64,000 bases of DNA, from positions 1-64,000 of the forward strand of contig NW_026935558.1 in the NCBI RefSeq assembly GCF_032062105.1, in the 5' to 3' direction. Origin of the DNA: Saccostrea cucullata. Taxonomy: Eukaryota. A model generated the notes under the pieces. The model had not been told where the DNA came from. It did not search any database and saw only the letters and a program-made list of their open reading frames with translations. The position numbers and the translations under genes are program-made. This document shows, one piece after another, positions 13,711-26,300 of this stretch (position 1 is its first letter; each line of letters opens with the position of its first letter).

Positions 13711-14576
13711 GATTTAGAGATTTAGAATGTTAATATAATAGTTCAAATATCTAACTTTCAAAAACTCAAACTGATTTGGTATATATTGACAATTAATATT
13801 TTATTTCAAAAATTTCAAATTTCTAAACAGGTTTAACATTTTGAGATTTTAGATTTCACCTTAAATATTTAAAATTCAAATTTCCAAAAACAAATTTTAT
13901 ATTTTAAACAATTGAGTTTTAAACATGTTTAATCTACTGTTAAGAAAATATACACTTAACATTCTTAAGTTCGGTAATATTTTTGTATTTTGGGGTATTT
14001 GAAATAAGCTTCAAACTTCTAAACTCGAACTTTGAAACGTTTTAGATTTTTAGAAATTTAGAATTTTGAATCAAATTTTCTAATTTCAAATAACCTAAAC
14101 ACACGAGTTTTAGAATTTTACTTTAAATATATAACATTTAAACCAGTTATGGTCAATTTGATATTTTGAATATTTGAAGTAAACTTCTAAAAACTAAAGG
14201 CGTTTTGGTTATTTTGAGTTTTTATATCAAAATTCTAAATGTCTAAAATCTAAATCTTTGAATGGTGGAAGTTGGAAGTAAATTTTAAATAATCAAAAGA
14301 CGAAGACGTTGAATTTATGATTAATAAACCATTCTAAACAAACAGAAGAATAAAAACTCAAAAAAAAAAAATTAAAATACAAAAACCATTTTTGGAATTG
14401 TGAATTTGGAACATTTAAGGTAAAAATGTAATATATATTAATTCTAAACCTTTTTAAAAATTGAAAGGTATATTTTTGAACTAAAATATTAAATTTCATT
14501 TACAAAATCAGTTTGGGTTTTTTGAAATTAAGATATTTGAACTTAAATATGTTAACATTTTAAAGCTCAAATCCAT
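13711..14576. repeat. Degenerate AT-rich foldback (long imperfect inverted arms)
   Basis: GTTCAAATATCTAACTTTCAAAAACTCAAACTGATTT (13741-13777) is the imperfect reverse complement of AAATCAGTTTGGGTTTTTTGAAATTAAGATATTTGAAC (14505-14542); complementarity extends on both sides. Confidence 0.6.
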
Positions 14577-16330
14577 TTTAAGGGGGGACCTATGTCCAAA
14601 AAGTCTTTATTATTCAGAGTAAATGCATTAGGTATGTCACTCATGAAATTTTTTGAGAAGTATATTTTGGTTGTTAAAATTGTTCTAAAAAATATAAATT
14701 AAGACCAATATTAATTATTCCCAGCAATATCATGTAACAAAAAGTATTCTCCGAGTAAAAGTATGTGAGGCTAAAGTTCCAATATGTTAAATTTAATAAA
14801 TGTGCAGATTTGCATAATATCTGCTAAATATCCTTCTACCACAAGAAATAGTCCCTCATAAATCTTGATTCTTTGTAGCTTTTTGAGTGTTGAACGAATG
14901 AATTAACATTGTTGAATTTAGATATGTTATAAAAATATAATTCTAATAGTTCTGCATGGACTTTTCTAAAAAGCTGATAAGTGATATATTTTGATATTTC
15001 TTAATATCTTTTCTGCTCTCTAAGTACATGTACATGCATGTACATGTACTTACACTGACTGACCTTTAGTATAAGAGAATCTGGGGTTAGAACAAAGCTA
15101 TATTAGTAGTCCAATTAAAAATTCCTTTAACTCTGTTGAAAATCCTCTTCTTTGCTTCATTATTTTTCATAGAAAAAGTATATATTATGTTATATGTGTA
15201 TAATTAACCTGAAGTAAGGTATGCCAGGCCTTGTCAAAAAATTGAAATTCCTGGTAGTGGGTTTTATTTGAAATGCTTATACACTCTAGTATTAATTACA
15301 GTGTTGGGTAAAGGGCATCGAGTTAGGTGTATTCAAATGAAAGGATATGCTTTATTTCAAAGATAGATAAATAAGATTTAAATCTTCGAAATCTTAGACT
15401 TTACTAAAATCTATAATCTAGACAAGGCATGATCGGTCACATGGAAGCATCATGAGGTAGCGTAGATTTTTTAAGTATGTTAAAGGGTAGGGTTATAATA
15501 TAAGCTTGGAAAAATCATGAAAAATCACAAACAGCAAAGTCATCAATTGTCATCCTTAGGTAGTGCAGCCATTCAAGTTTCTTCCAATCCAGAGTTAGGG
15601 TGGGCTACTATGGTGATCAAAGTTAGTCTTAGGTATTATAAGAGCCAGGAAAAAAAGTCTTTAAAAATCTTTTCCACAATAACAGAAATTTGTATAAATA
15701 CATTAACCTGGAAAGGTAACTCTCTCGTCAACTATTTTATATTATTTTAAATATTGAATTTACAATGGTTATTGATGCATGAAAATAAATGAATCTAAGT
15801 AAACACTTGAAGGCACTTTGTCAAGTTGTATATGTTATTGGGATTAACAATTTTCTACAATCATTCAGAGCGAATGGACATGACATGAAATTTGTCTCCA
15901 ATATATCATTATTACTGGTACATAAAGTAAATTAATTGTCTTTGGTTTCACTTTGGTGTATATTACTCCATTGGCCTATTTCCATAGGTAATTAATATGA
16001 TAGCTTAATTGTTCTAATTCTTACTAATGTGATTGTATTTTTAGTTGACGCATTGATATTTTAATACTGCCTACTGATAAATGTAAAATTACTTTTAGTG
16101 AACATTTCATAGATTTAATTTCCTTTGTCCAATGTATTGCAATTTGAATTCATTTTGGTATGGATTCAGATCATTGAGTATTTAATTAACAATGAATCAT
16201 TTTTGAGTCATCCACATAATATAAACCATTTCTTCTTGAAAAATATTTTGTATACATTCAATCCATTACTATAATTATCATTGATGAACTGTATAAAAAT
16301 TCATATAAAATAATAAGACATAATTTTTTT

Positions 16331-18525
16331 AGCTCACCTCAACGAAGTTGGGGGGAGCTTATGTGATACCCTCGGCGTCGGCGTCGGTGTCGGCGTCGGC
16401 GTCGGCGTCCCAGGTTAAGGTTAAGTTTTTTGGAGCAGTTTTCTTTTTAATTACTTCTGTGTCCTATACTGATTAGACATGCATGGAAAATGGTTTTAGT
16501 GTGTTTTATTGTACCAGACAAAGTTTCAGATGCTGCAATTTCAGCAAAGGAATTACCAGGTTAATGTTTTTGGAGCAGGTTAACATTTTTGGTGCAGTTT
16601 TTGGTGTGGGTTTCATTTCCAAGTAACTATCAGGCCTATGTTGACCAAACTTGCATGGATGATACATCTAAGGATGCATACTACCGGGATTGCTTCGGAT
16701 GCTGAATCTGACCTACATTTTCCGGTTGAGTGAACAGGTTAAAGTTTTTGGTGCAGGTTTCATTTCCAAGTAACTATAAGCCCTATGTTGACCAAACTTG
16801 CATGGATGATACATCTAAGGATGCATACTACCGGGCTTGCTTCGGATGCTGAATCTGACCTACATTTTCCGGTTGAGTGAACAGGTTAAAGTTTTTGGTG
16901 TAGGTTTCATTTCCAAGTAACTATAAGCCCTATGTTGACCAAACTTGCATGGATGATACATCTAAGGATGCATACTACCGGGCTTGCTTCGGATGCTGAA
17001 TCTGACCTACATTTTCCGGTTGAGTGAACAGGTTAAAGTTTTTGGTGCAGGTTTCATTTCCAAGTAACTATAAGCCCTATGTTGACCAAACTTGCATGGA
17101 TGATACATCTAAGGATGCATACTACCGGGATTGCTTCGGATGCTGAATCTGACCTACAATTTCCGGTTGAGTGAACAGGTTAAAGTTTTTGGTGCAGGTT
17201 TCATTTCCAAGTAACTATAAGCCCTATGTTGACCAAACTTGCATGGATGATACATCTAAGGATGCATACTACCGGGCTTGCTTCGGATGCTGAATCTGAC
17301 CTACATTTTCCAGTTGAGTGAACAGGTTAAAGTTTTTGGTGTAGGTTTCATTTCCAAGTAACTATAAGCCCTATGTTGACCAAACTTGCATGGATGATAC
17401 ATCTAAGGATGCATACTACCGGGCTTGCTTCGGATGCTGAATCTGACCTACACTTTCCGGTTGAGTGAACAGGTTAAAGTTTTTGGTGCAGGTTTCATTT
17501 CCAAGTAACTATAAGCCCTATGTTGACCAAACTTGCATGGATGATACATCTAAGGATGCATACTACCGGGCTTGCTTCGGATGCTGAATCTGACCTACAT
17601 TTTCCAGTTGAGTGAACAGGTTAAAGTTTTTGGTGCAGGTTTCATTTCCAAGTAACTATAAGCCCTATGTTGACCAAACTTGCATGGATGATACATCTAT
17701 GGATGCATACTACCGGGCTTGCTTCGGATGCTGAATCTGACCTACATTTTCCAGTTGAGCGAACAGGTTAATGTTTTTGGTGCAGGTTTCATTTGCAAGT
17801 AACTTTAAGCCCTATGTTGACCAAACTTGCATGGATGATACGTCTAAGGATGCACACTACCAGGCTTGCTTCGGATGCTGAATCTGACCTACATTTTCCG
17901 GTTGAGTGAATAGTTAAAAGTTTTTGGTGCAGGTTTCATTTCCAAGGAACTATGAGTTCTTTAATGACCAGTCTTGCATAGATGATACATCTAAGGATGC
18001 ATACTTCCAGGCTTGCTTCGGAAGCTGAATCTGACCTACTTTTTGTGGATGAGTGAAAATGTTAGTTTTAATGCATGTTTCATTTCCAATAAACTATGAG
18101 CCCTATAATGAGCAAACTTGCATGGATGATACCTCTAAGGATGCACACTAATGGACTTGCTTCGGATGCTGAATTGGACATACATTTTTCAGATAATAGA
18201 CAAGGTAAAAGTTATGGTTGCAGGTCTATTACCAAAAACTATAAGGCTTATATAACATTGTATAAACCAAACTTTCACAAATGCTGCATCAAGAGATGAA
18301 AACTCTCAAATTTGCTTCAGATGCTGGATTTTCATTACATTTTCATGAAGAAGAAGTAGTTTAAATTTTTTATGTAGGTCTATTTCAAAGTATCAGATCA
18401 AAATTGCTTTTAAAAATATTTTCATTTTTGGAATGTATACTTTTTGTTGGTTAATTGTGTGACTTTGCCTTACTTAAAGACAACATTCGTTGAGGTGAGC
18501 TCTGTAATCTCTGATTACCTATGTT
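16331..18525 (+). mobile_element. Complete HINE (non-autonomous Helentron) carrying a tandem array
   Basis: Perfect 16-bp subterminal inverted repeats AGCTCACCTCAACGAA (16331-16346) / TTCGTTGAGGTGAGCT (18486-18501), (GGCGTC)n microsatellite, 3' hairpin GTAATC-TCT-GATTAC, inserted in a T run. Confidence 0.9.
16600..18390. repeat. 147-bp tandem array, about 12 units
   Basis: TTTCATTT(C/G)C ends at 16620, 16767, 16914, 17061, 17208, 17355, 17502, 17649, 17796, 17943 (exact 147 spacing), followed by diverged units. Confidence 0.95.
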
Positions 18526-21110
18526 TTATATATATTTCTGAATCAACGGTTTCCCAGAATTTTATCATTCTTATTTTAATATTTACACTCAATGGATATA
18601 TCTACCAAGCTCGCCATAGATGGCTTAAGATGGTAGTAGATGTCTTAAGATGAAATGTAAGTTTATTTAAATAGAACTTTACATTATTAAATCTCACAAC
18701 CATAAAAAATGATAGCGATAACGATTTCATCAAACATATCAATTTGACAATTGATTCCAGTATTCCCATGCTCTGCATGGTTGCTCTTTGCACAGTATAT
18801 ATAATTTCTTGTACTATAAAATGATACAGTTTACTCCCATAAATATTTAAATTCATTTACAATTATTCCAATCACATTATTGTTGTAATTCAATACTACG
18901 TTTGAAGATTGTCTGTCCTTAACAAAAAATAAAATTTTTATTTTATCAACATTCAATCACATGTAATTTCCATTTTTCACAATATTACAAAATATTTTTG
19001 AAAACAATGAGTTGATATTGAAGAACCTCAAACATCAATACAATGTCATTTGCATAAAGCATAATTGTAATTCTTAAGTATACATCATTCTAGCTTTTCA
19101 ATTTCATCAAACAGACTGTTCAACCCAATAATATTTTTTCTATTAAGAATTCTTCTAATTCATTAAGATACATGTACAATGCAAAGAGAAGATGAGACAA
19201 ATTCTCACCCTGGGGAACTCCATTTCTACCAGGAAAATAAATTCAGAATATCATTGTTATGAGATTCTAGATTTACAATTATTATACAATAGCATTTTCC
19301 TGTCATTGATATTTATCAAGATCTTTTCCACATTGCAATCCTATTAATTGCCATACTTTATGAAATACATTTTTGATTATTATAAATAGGCACAACATAA
19401 TTTCTTTTTCTTTAGTATATGTCAGTTCTATCAATGAATGACGTACAAACATGTTATCAATGGTAGAATTATTTGCCCTAAAACTGGTCTGGTTTTCTTT
19501 TATTAATTAAAAGTCAATATTTTCTGCATATATTTTCCATACGATGCAGATGTAAAAACATTTTTCCATGACAATGATGTAATTTAATATCTAGTCCACT
19601 CAATTCTATGTAAAGGTAGCTATATAGAGTACACATCATTTATTTTTCTCATGCCCTAATTACAACCTATTACGAGACCAGGAAAGAGTTTTTTGAGTCC
19701 TGAGAATTAATTGTCTTAAAGTCCTTGGGGAGAAAAATTAATCAGTATTGCTGAAAATGTGAACAATTCTCCAATATGTGTTTTCTTTTAGATATTGTAA
19801 ATGGACAATTAATTTTTTCTAAAACATTGTTTCTTATTGACATTAGGTTGCATGTCATTGATCTCTAAATTTTACATTAGGTTGCACGTCATTGATCTCT
19901 AAATATTTTCAAAATTTAAAGTTTACAATGGTGGCAAACAAGGAAGACCATTAATTTGTTTATTACTGGTATTATTTTTTATTTATTCTTTGATTGTCAT
20001 TTCCTTTTTGTAATTTATTAAATTAGTTAATTAAACTAGCAAATTATTCTCCTCACTGGTATATTATTATTGTAATACATTAAATTAAATTGATCTGAGA
20101 TAAGTATATGCTTTTATGAAACAAATTTTATATGAAATATTTTATGAAACAATTATATAATATATGTTTTATATAATTTGAGTGATTTTTTTCTTTAATT
20201 ATTAAGGTTCAGAAACCATTGATGAAAACTATATTATACTGTGTATACCATGTACTGCATGCATATAGTATGCCTGGCCACAACCCATTGTTCCTCTTAA
20301 GTAGAAAAACTCCTCAATTCACATAGAATATACAAAAAATACACCAACATGGTAGCAGATCAGTTCGCGATACATGTCTCCCCACCTGTGGCACGTGTGA
20401 AGGCAGGTGCCCACGAGTGGGGTTCAACACAAATTATTGAAAAGTATGATTTACTTACTCACTACTTTTATGTAAAAAAAGAAAAGTTCTAAATCACACA
20501 TTTAGCACATATACATCTCATTACAAATATAATTAAACATATTAATGAAATAAAAAACTACCACGTTTACAGTACTATATCGCATTAATATTGCATAATG
20601 AACACTAAATATATAAAATGAAACAATTTTTAAAAAAAGCCTATAGTGGCACGTATTATACAATCTAATTAAAATTAGATTTTCCATTCACACCCAGGGT
20701 ATATTGTTTCACAAAAGCACAAAAGACTTTTCACATTTTTTCATTGTGCAAGTTGGGTAATGTAGAAAATACTTGTGATAGGAATTCATTTTGTTTTAAA
20801 ATGACCTAAGAACAATATAAAATAAATAACATATTTAATATGAAGCAAAGATCTTGTATAAATTAGTACTTATCATTGATATCAATATCTGTAGGTGTAT
20901 CTTAATTTAATTTCCACAGAATTAGGAATAAGAATTTAGAATTAGGAGTCAAACCTTAATAGTTTCACTGTACAGAAACCCTACAGGAAACTTGCTGAAA
21001 ATATTTTCAATGCAGATCGAGTTTCAGTAAGGTTTTGGTATTGTTTCAGATTTGTGGAAATCCAGTGACACAATAAATAAACATTCCTTTTTTTTCTTCC
21101 TTTTTGATTG

Positions 21111-21442
21111 CACCAAAAATAATAAATGTCTTTCTGCTACTAATATGAAAAAAATAGGGTAGGTAGGAGAATTTTAATTTTTAATTTCATTTAATTAATT
21201 GTATTTGTTGGATAGGAAGTACGAATTACTAAACCATATTAAACAATGTCTTATAGCAATATTATTGTTTAAAATAAGGAGTGTTTTATGAGTAGTTTTT
21301 AAACTTATACATGTATTTCATGAAATACCACTTGAATATATATTTTTCTGAATTTTCCTCAAAATCTGAATAAAAACTTTAGGGTTGGGGTAACATAGGG
21401 TAGGTCGGGAGCAGGAAACAAGACTATTTTTTATTTCTGGCC
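21111..21442. mobile_element. Degenerate PIF/Harbinger-type MITE, same family as 22675-23059, opposite orientation
   Basis: TAGGGTAGGTAGG internal motif and end AGCAGGAAACAAGACTATTTTTTATTTCTGGCC. Confidence 0.6.
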
Positions 21443-22674
21443 TTGTAAAATCTTTACATTTCATAAATACAAAGGTTGGTGTTATTTGTTTGATTTAGAG
21501 TGAACCACTTTATTAAAAAGTCCATTGGGTAACGAACTAAGCAAACTGCTTATTTAGTTTTAGAGGATTATAATTAGAGTCTATCCTCCAATAATGGAGG
21601 CCAATTAGACTAGTGTTTAATTAGGTGCACTTGCCTGTCGAGAAATAATGTATTTAAAATAATAAAATTTTTTAAGACCTACTTTTTTAAAAATTAAAAT
21701 ATTTTTTATCTTGCACTTCTTGCCTGACTCAGATACATGCTTATTTTAAAGGTGGTACTTCTTCACCCGTGAAGAGTGTCATTGAATGTGGTGGAAATGG
21801 CAATGAGGACACAATGCTGAAATTCACTTTGGTGAGTATTTTAGCTTGCATATATTTTATTTCCCTCCCTCATGTTACTATATCTAAGTGTTTCATGCAC
21901 AAATCATATTCTCGAGTTTTTCTATGCCCTGAAAGTAGGATCATGATTTTTTAGGCTGATGATTTCTAATGATTTTAAACTTGGAATCTTGAGAGTGGTA
22001 TTGGAAGTACATCATTCAAACAAGAATAGTTTTACTCTGCATGAATACATTGTACATGGAAAAATTTTGAATGGTTTTTAGAAAATGATTATTATTAAAC
22101 ATACTTCCTAAAACAGATTTAATTTTATGGTGTACCAGTAACTTTTTAATTACCATTCATATTAGTTTTTTTCTATTGACAATTATTACTACTTATATCA
22201 GGATCTCATAAGTTAATAGGGTGTCTTCTAGCTATTCCCACTTTTTAAAAATCTCAATCCCACCTATTCCCATTTGCAAATAACAATATGTGTTTTGATT
22301 AATTAATTGGTTTTTACAGTAATTAGACTAATTATATCCTTTCTTAGATTTACCTGTATTTTACAATTATTTTGTACATTTTAAGACAGAAAATAAATAT
22401 AATTATCGAAAAAATATTTAAAATATACTTAAATTCACTGAAATATATACTTTTGCATGTGTATAATTATCATGAAAATCTAAATTGCTCTATGTTATGA
22501 AATGTTTTACCATACATCGGTCTTTTGCAATGTGATTTTTTAATGAATCTAAATGAATAATTTATCTGCTATATTTATTTGAAAAAGTCTAATTTCTTAT
22601 CGAAAATAGAAGTAAAAAGCAAATTTACCTGTCCTTTACTCCCAGTGGTTTAATAATTACTGTTTTCACTGTAA

Positions 22675-23059
22675 GGCCAAAATAAAAAATAGTCTTGTTT
22701 CCTGCTACCCAACCTGCCCTATTTTTTTGCACCGACCCTAAAGTTTTTTTTTAGCTTTTGGGGAGAAAATTCAAAATTTTAGGAATTTTATGTTTCAAAA
22801 GTGAAAAAAAAATACATATACTCAAGTTGTATTACGTGAAATAGGGGACCTATATGTTAAAAATATGGACTTTCATAAAATTCTAATTGAGTCGTGCATA
22901 GCTATGACATGTTCAATTTGGGTTTGTAGTAGTTCATAAACAAAGAAATACCATTGAATAAATAAAATAAAATTAAAAAATAAAATAAGTTTCCTACCTA
23001 CCTACCCTATTTTTTTCTGGCTGGTAGCAGGAAACAAAACTATTATTTTTTTTTTGGCC
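22675..23059. mobile_element. PIF/Harbinger (Tourist-like) MITE
   Basis: TIRs GGCCAAAATAAAAAATAGTCTTGTTTCCTGCTACC / GGTAGCAGGAAACAAAACTATTATTTTTTTTTGGCC with TAA on both flanks. Confidence 0.85.
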
Positions 23060-26000
23060 TAATAGCATGTGTATTCAGCTACATGATGTAATTATTTGTT
23101 TACACAATAATTCTACCTACTCCCACATGAAATTTTACTTTTTAATCTACCTGATTTTCAAAAAAGAAGGAATAGCTTGCAGAAACCGTTAATAGACTTT
23201 GTACTGTTCATAGAATAATTACTTTTAACATGATGAGGAAGGTCATATCATTTTTTTTTATATAAGAAACATTCCTTTTTAACTAAGGATTCAGCATGGA
23301 AAGACCAGTGTATCAGCTCAAATTACTTTATTTTTTAAGGTATGTCAAAAAATCATTTTTTATTCTAAAATTTGATTTTTAGTAAATCCCTAAAATTATA
23401 GGGATAATATTTCTTCAAATATCGGGACAAATCCTGATCAAAATTAAACTGATCCTGATCAAAATAAACGCAAAATGAATTTATTAAATTAAAATTATCA
23501 GTTATTACTTTGCTTCTTTCTAATTAATTTTTCACTAAGAAATCTTAGTGACTGACATGTTCAATGATTTTTTTACCATGTACAATGTATTCAGAGTAAA
23601 AAAAACTATTCTAGTTTGAATGATGTACTTCCAATACCACTCTCAAGATTGTTTGGTTAAAAGTAGAGAAGCTGCACTAGTTTGACTATATTTAGTTTTA
23701 ATTAATTGTACAAAAAAATGTAAATGAGGAAATTTTATATTGTGAAAGCTAATTTTTACGTTTCAAAATTTTGCGAATGACCATTTCTTTGTTCACACTT
23801 TCTAATAATTGTTGAATTATTTTTAATTGAAAAAAAATTTGGTGAATGCAATTAACTCGCAAATTTGCTAAAAAATTATTTACAGCAAATATTTCCAGAT
23901 TTACTGAAAGGTGTCATTTTTTTGACATGTGGGAGACAAAAATATAGTTATGATAATAATTATATTTCTGTAATTAAGGAATTGTGAATTTTTAATTGCT
24001 AGTACACAATGTAAATTTATTATTGATTATCATTCTGATATAAGGGAATCCATTTTGACGTTAAGCTGTGACTCAATATTTATACAGATTAAGAGAGAAA
24101 TGTATTTATTTTATCATGTTCATTTATCGATCATTTGCAAAATAAAAAAAAAAAAATGGCCTCTCTGTAATTGTTTATGAGATTCGTGTGTGGCACAGCA
24201 AAGTTTTAACGCTAAAACATATCTTATTCAATAATAATAAGGAATCTAATTTGAAGTAAATTTTAGAGTTAATTTTGGTATTTCATTGCTTAAACCTTTA
24301 CTATAGGGGTGTCTTAATGAATATAGCATATTCATTAAAATGTGCAACTTAAGCTGGTATTTTAATCAAGTTTTTCATTGCTGTATTATTAGTATTATTA
24401 TTTTCATTAAGTTATTAATAGTTGTTTTATAAGTAGTTCAGATTTAAGGGACTCTGATCCTCAGCTAGGAAGGACAACTCTTTAATTTATAATTTGATTT
24501 TAAAAATCTCAAAATGCAGCTTGAAAATTAAATTTTTCATGCAACAATTTTCTTTATATACCTCTCAATATGCTTCAAGGTTCTTTGAAGTTCTCAGAAA
24601 AGTCTAATGAAAAGTAGAAATTTTTGCCTGATAAAAGTATTTAACCATAGATAACAATGTTTATCAACATGATATGAATTAAAAATGAATTAAAAATGAT
24701 ATATGGAGCTTTGCAATGACAGGAGAATCTTTCTACACTTTGCATTGTAAAAATGATCATAGTAAATAAAAGGAATTATATCTATGGTTTTTATTTTTGA
24801 AATGTGTTAATTGATCAAATTTGAATTTGAAAATGCATACCATGTGTTTTTATTAGCAATACCTGAAAATATATAAAAGATTTACTAATTTTCTCCATAT
24901 AATATGATAAATTTGAATGATGAAGTATGACAAATTATCATGGGTATAAACGACGTTACTTTGAATATTCAGAGACATTTTTGTGAGCATTTTCATATAG
25001 TCTAATTGCTTGATTTTCAGAATCTGAGGATTGGAGTACCTTAAATTAAAAAAACAAATGTTAGTATAGCTCGATCCAGGTCCACCTGTCATAAAAACTT
25101 CACATGTGCGTGTCAAAAGACCTTACTTCAAATATCTATATAGTGATTATACAAGATGCAGTTATTGAATGGGCATGGACTAGGACAACATATATTACTT
25201 ATGATATTTGTCAGACATAACAGTGAAAATGTTGCCATGCAGGGTTACAGGCTTTCATATTAAAATGGAACACTATTTGAACATTTACAACATTAAGACT
25301 TCATCAGTGAGAATAAGATACCAAAACAAAGAATAAAATTGGTATATATCACAGAGAAAATTATCAAACAACACTTAATTTTCTGTTTTGTCGTACTTCC
25401 ATTTCCTTTTTAAAGAACAAGGTTCACTTATGGCCTTTTTTTGGCCCAGTATAATTCTGAAAATCTGACACTGTCTGGCTTTTGAAATGCATTAAATATT
25501 GTTTAAATTTTTGATAATTGCATATCTATCAAAGATTACCTAATTTTCTGGCTAGTTAATACTTTAAGTCATCACAAAATGTGTCAATTTCCTCAAATTC
25601 TGTTAATGTCTACAAAAACAGCAAGCTATTTTATGATGTTTAATATAAAGGGCATGTATTTTTTGAAAATCTTCTCCTCTGCTCCTTGGTCTAACATACT
25701 GATGATCTAAGTATAGGTATATAGATATACGGTACAGAAGGCAGGCCAGATGACCTTCCAAAATGATTTTCATGGCCCCTGCATCAGAGTTACATTAATG
25801 TGGATGGGTTTTAGGATTATACTGAAATTGAGTAAATGCTTTGAAATCTGCTCTTTGGTATTAATCAAAGACTTATGGTGATCAAGGGTATCTTTTCCAA
25901 AATTGTTAAATGTGTCCCCAAGTCAGGGGTTTCTGTGGGATGGGGACTTATTGATTGATTATAAATTGCAAATGATTTTTTTTCCTGCTCCACATTTCAA

Positions 26001-26300
26001 TTTGGGTATTAAGTAATTAAAGTAGGAATGCGGACATTAAGATGAGCAATGGCACCTTAAAGCCATTCATGGCACTTTAAGTCAGTCTGTAGAGCCCATG
26101 TGGATTTCATGGCATCCAGTTTAAAACATTAACATGATAAACATTCAATTTTGTTTGAAAATTGTTGCATATGATACTCATGAAGATGACATATAAGGCA
26201 TGTCGCCCCTAAGTAATATGATTGTTCACAGAGTACAAATTAGTACCTGTATTTAAAAAGATTTTATTATAACAATAATTTACATGGACTTCTATTGTAG

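Larger units (their letters stand above)
15790..19600 (-). pseudogene. Highly decayed non-LTR retrotransposon ORF2 (RT plus C-terminal Cys motif), split by the HINE at 16331-18525
   Basis: Minus-strand remnants ENQTSFRANNSTIDNMF (~19500), GVPQGENLSHLLFALY (~19220), IMLYANDIVL (~19060, YADD equivalent), LPMEIGQW...TLC (~15990). Many stops and frameshifts; clade not determined. Confidence 0.7.

Noticed and set aside
16600-18390. CRISPR-like array
   Set aside because: Whole units repeat with no unique spacers; eukaryotic context, no cas genes.
21986-23650. Large element bounded by ~85-bp inverted repeats (21986-22070 vs 23563-23650)
   Set aside because: No TSD or terminal motif; better explained as two oppositely oriented fragments of one dispersed repeat, possibly Kolobok-like (TTAAAGGTGG at 21746).
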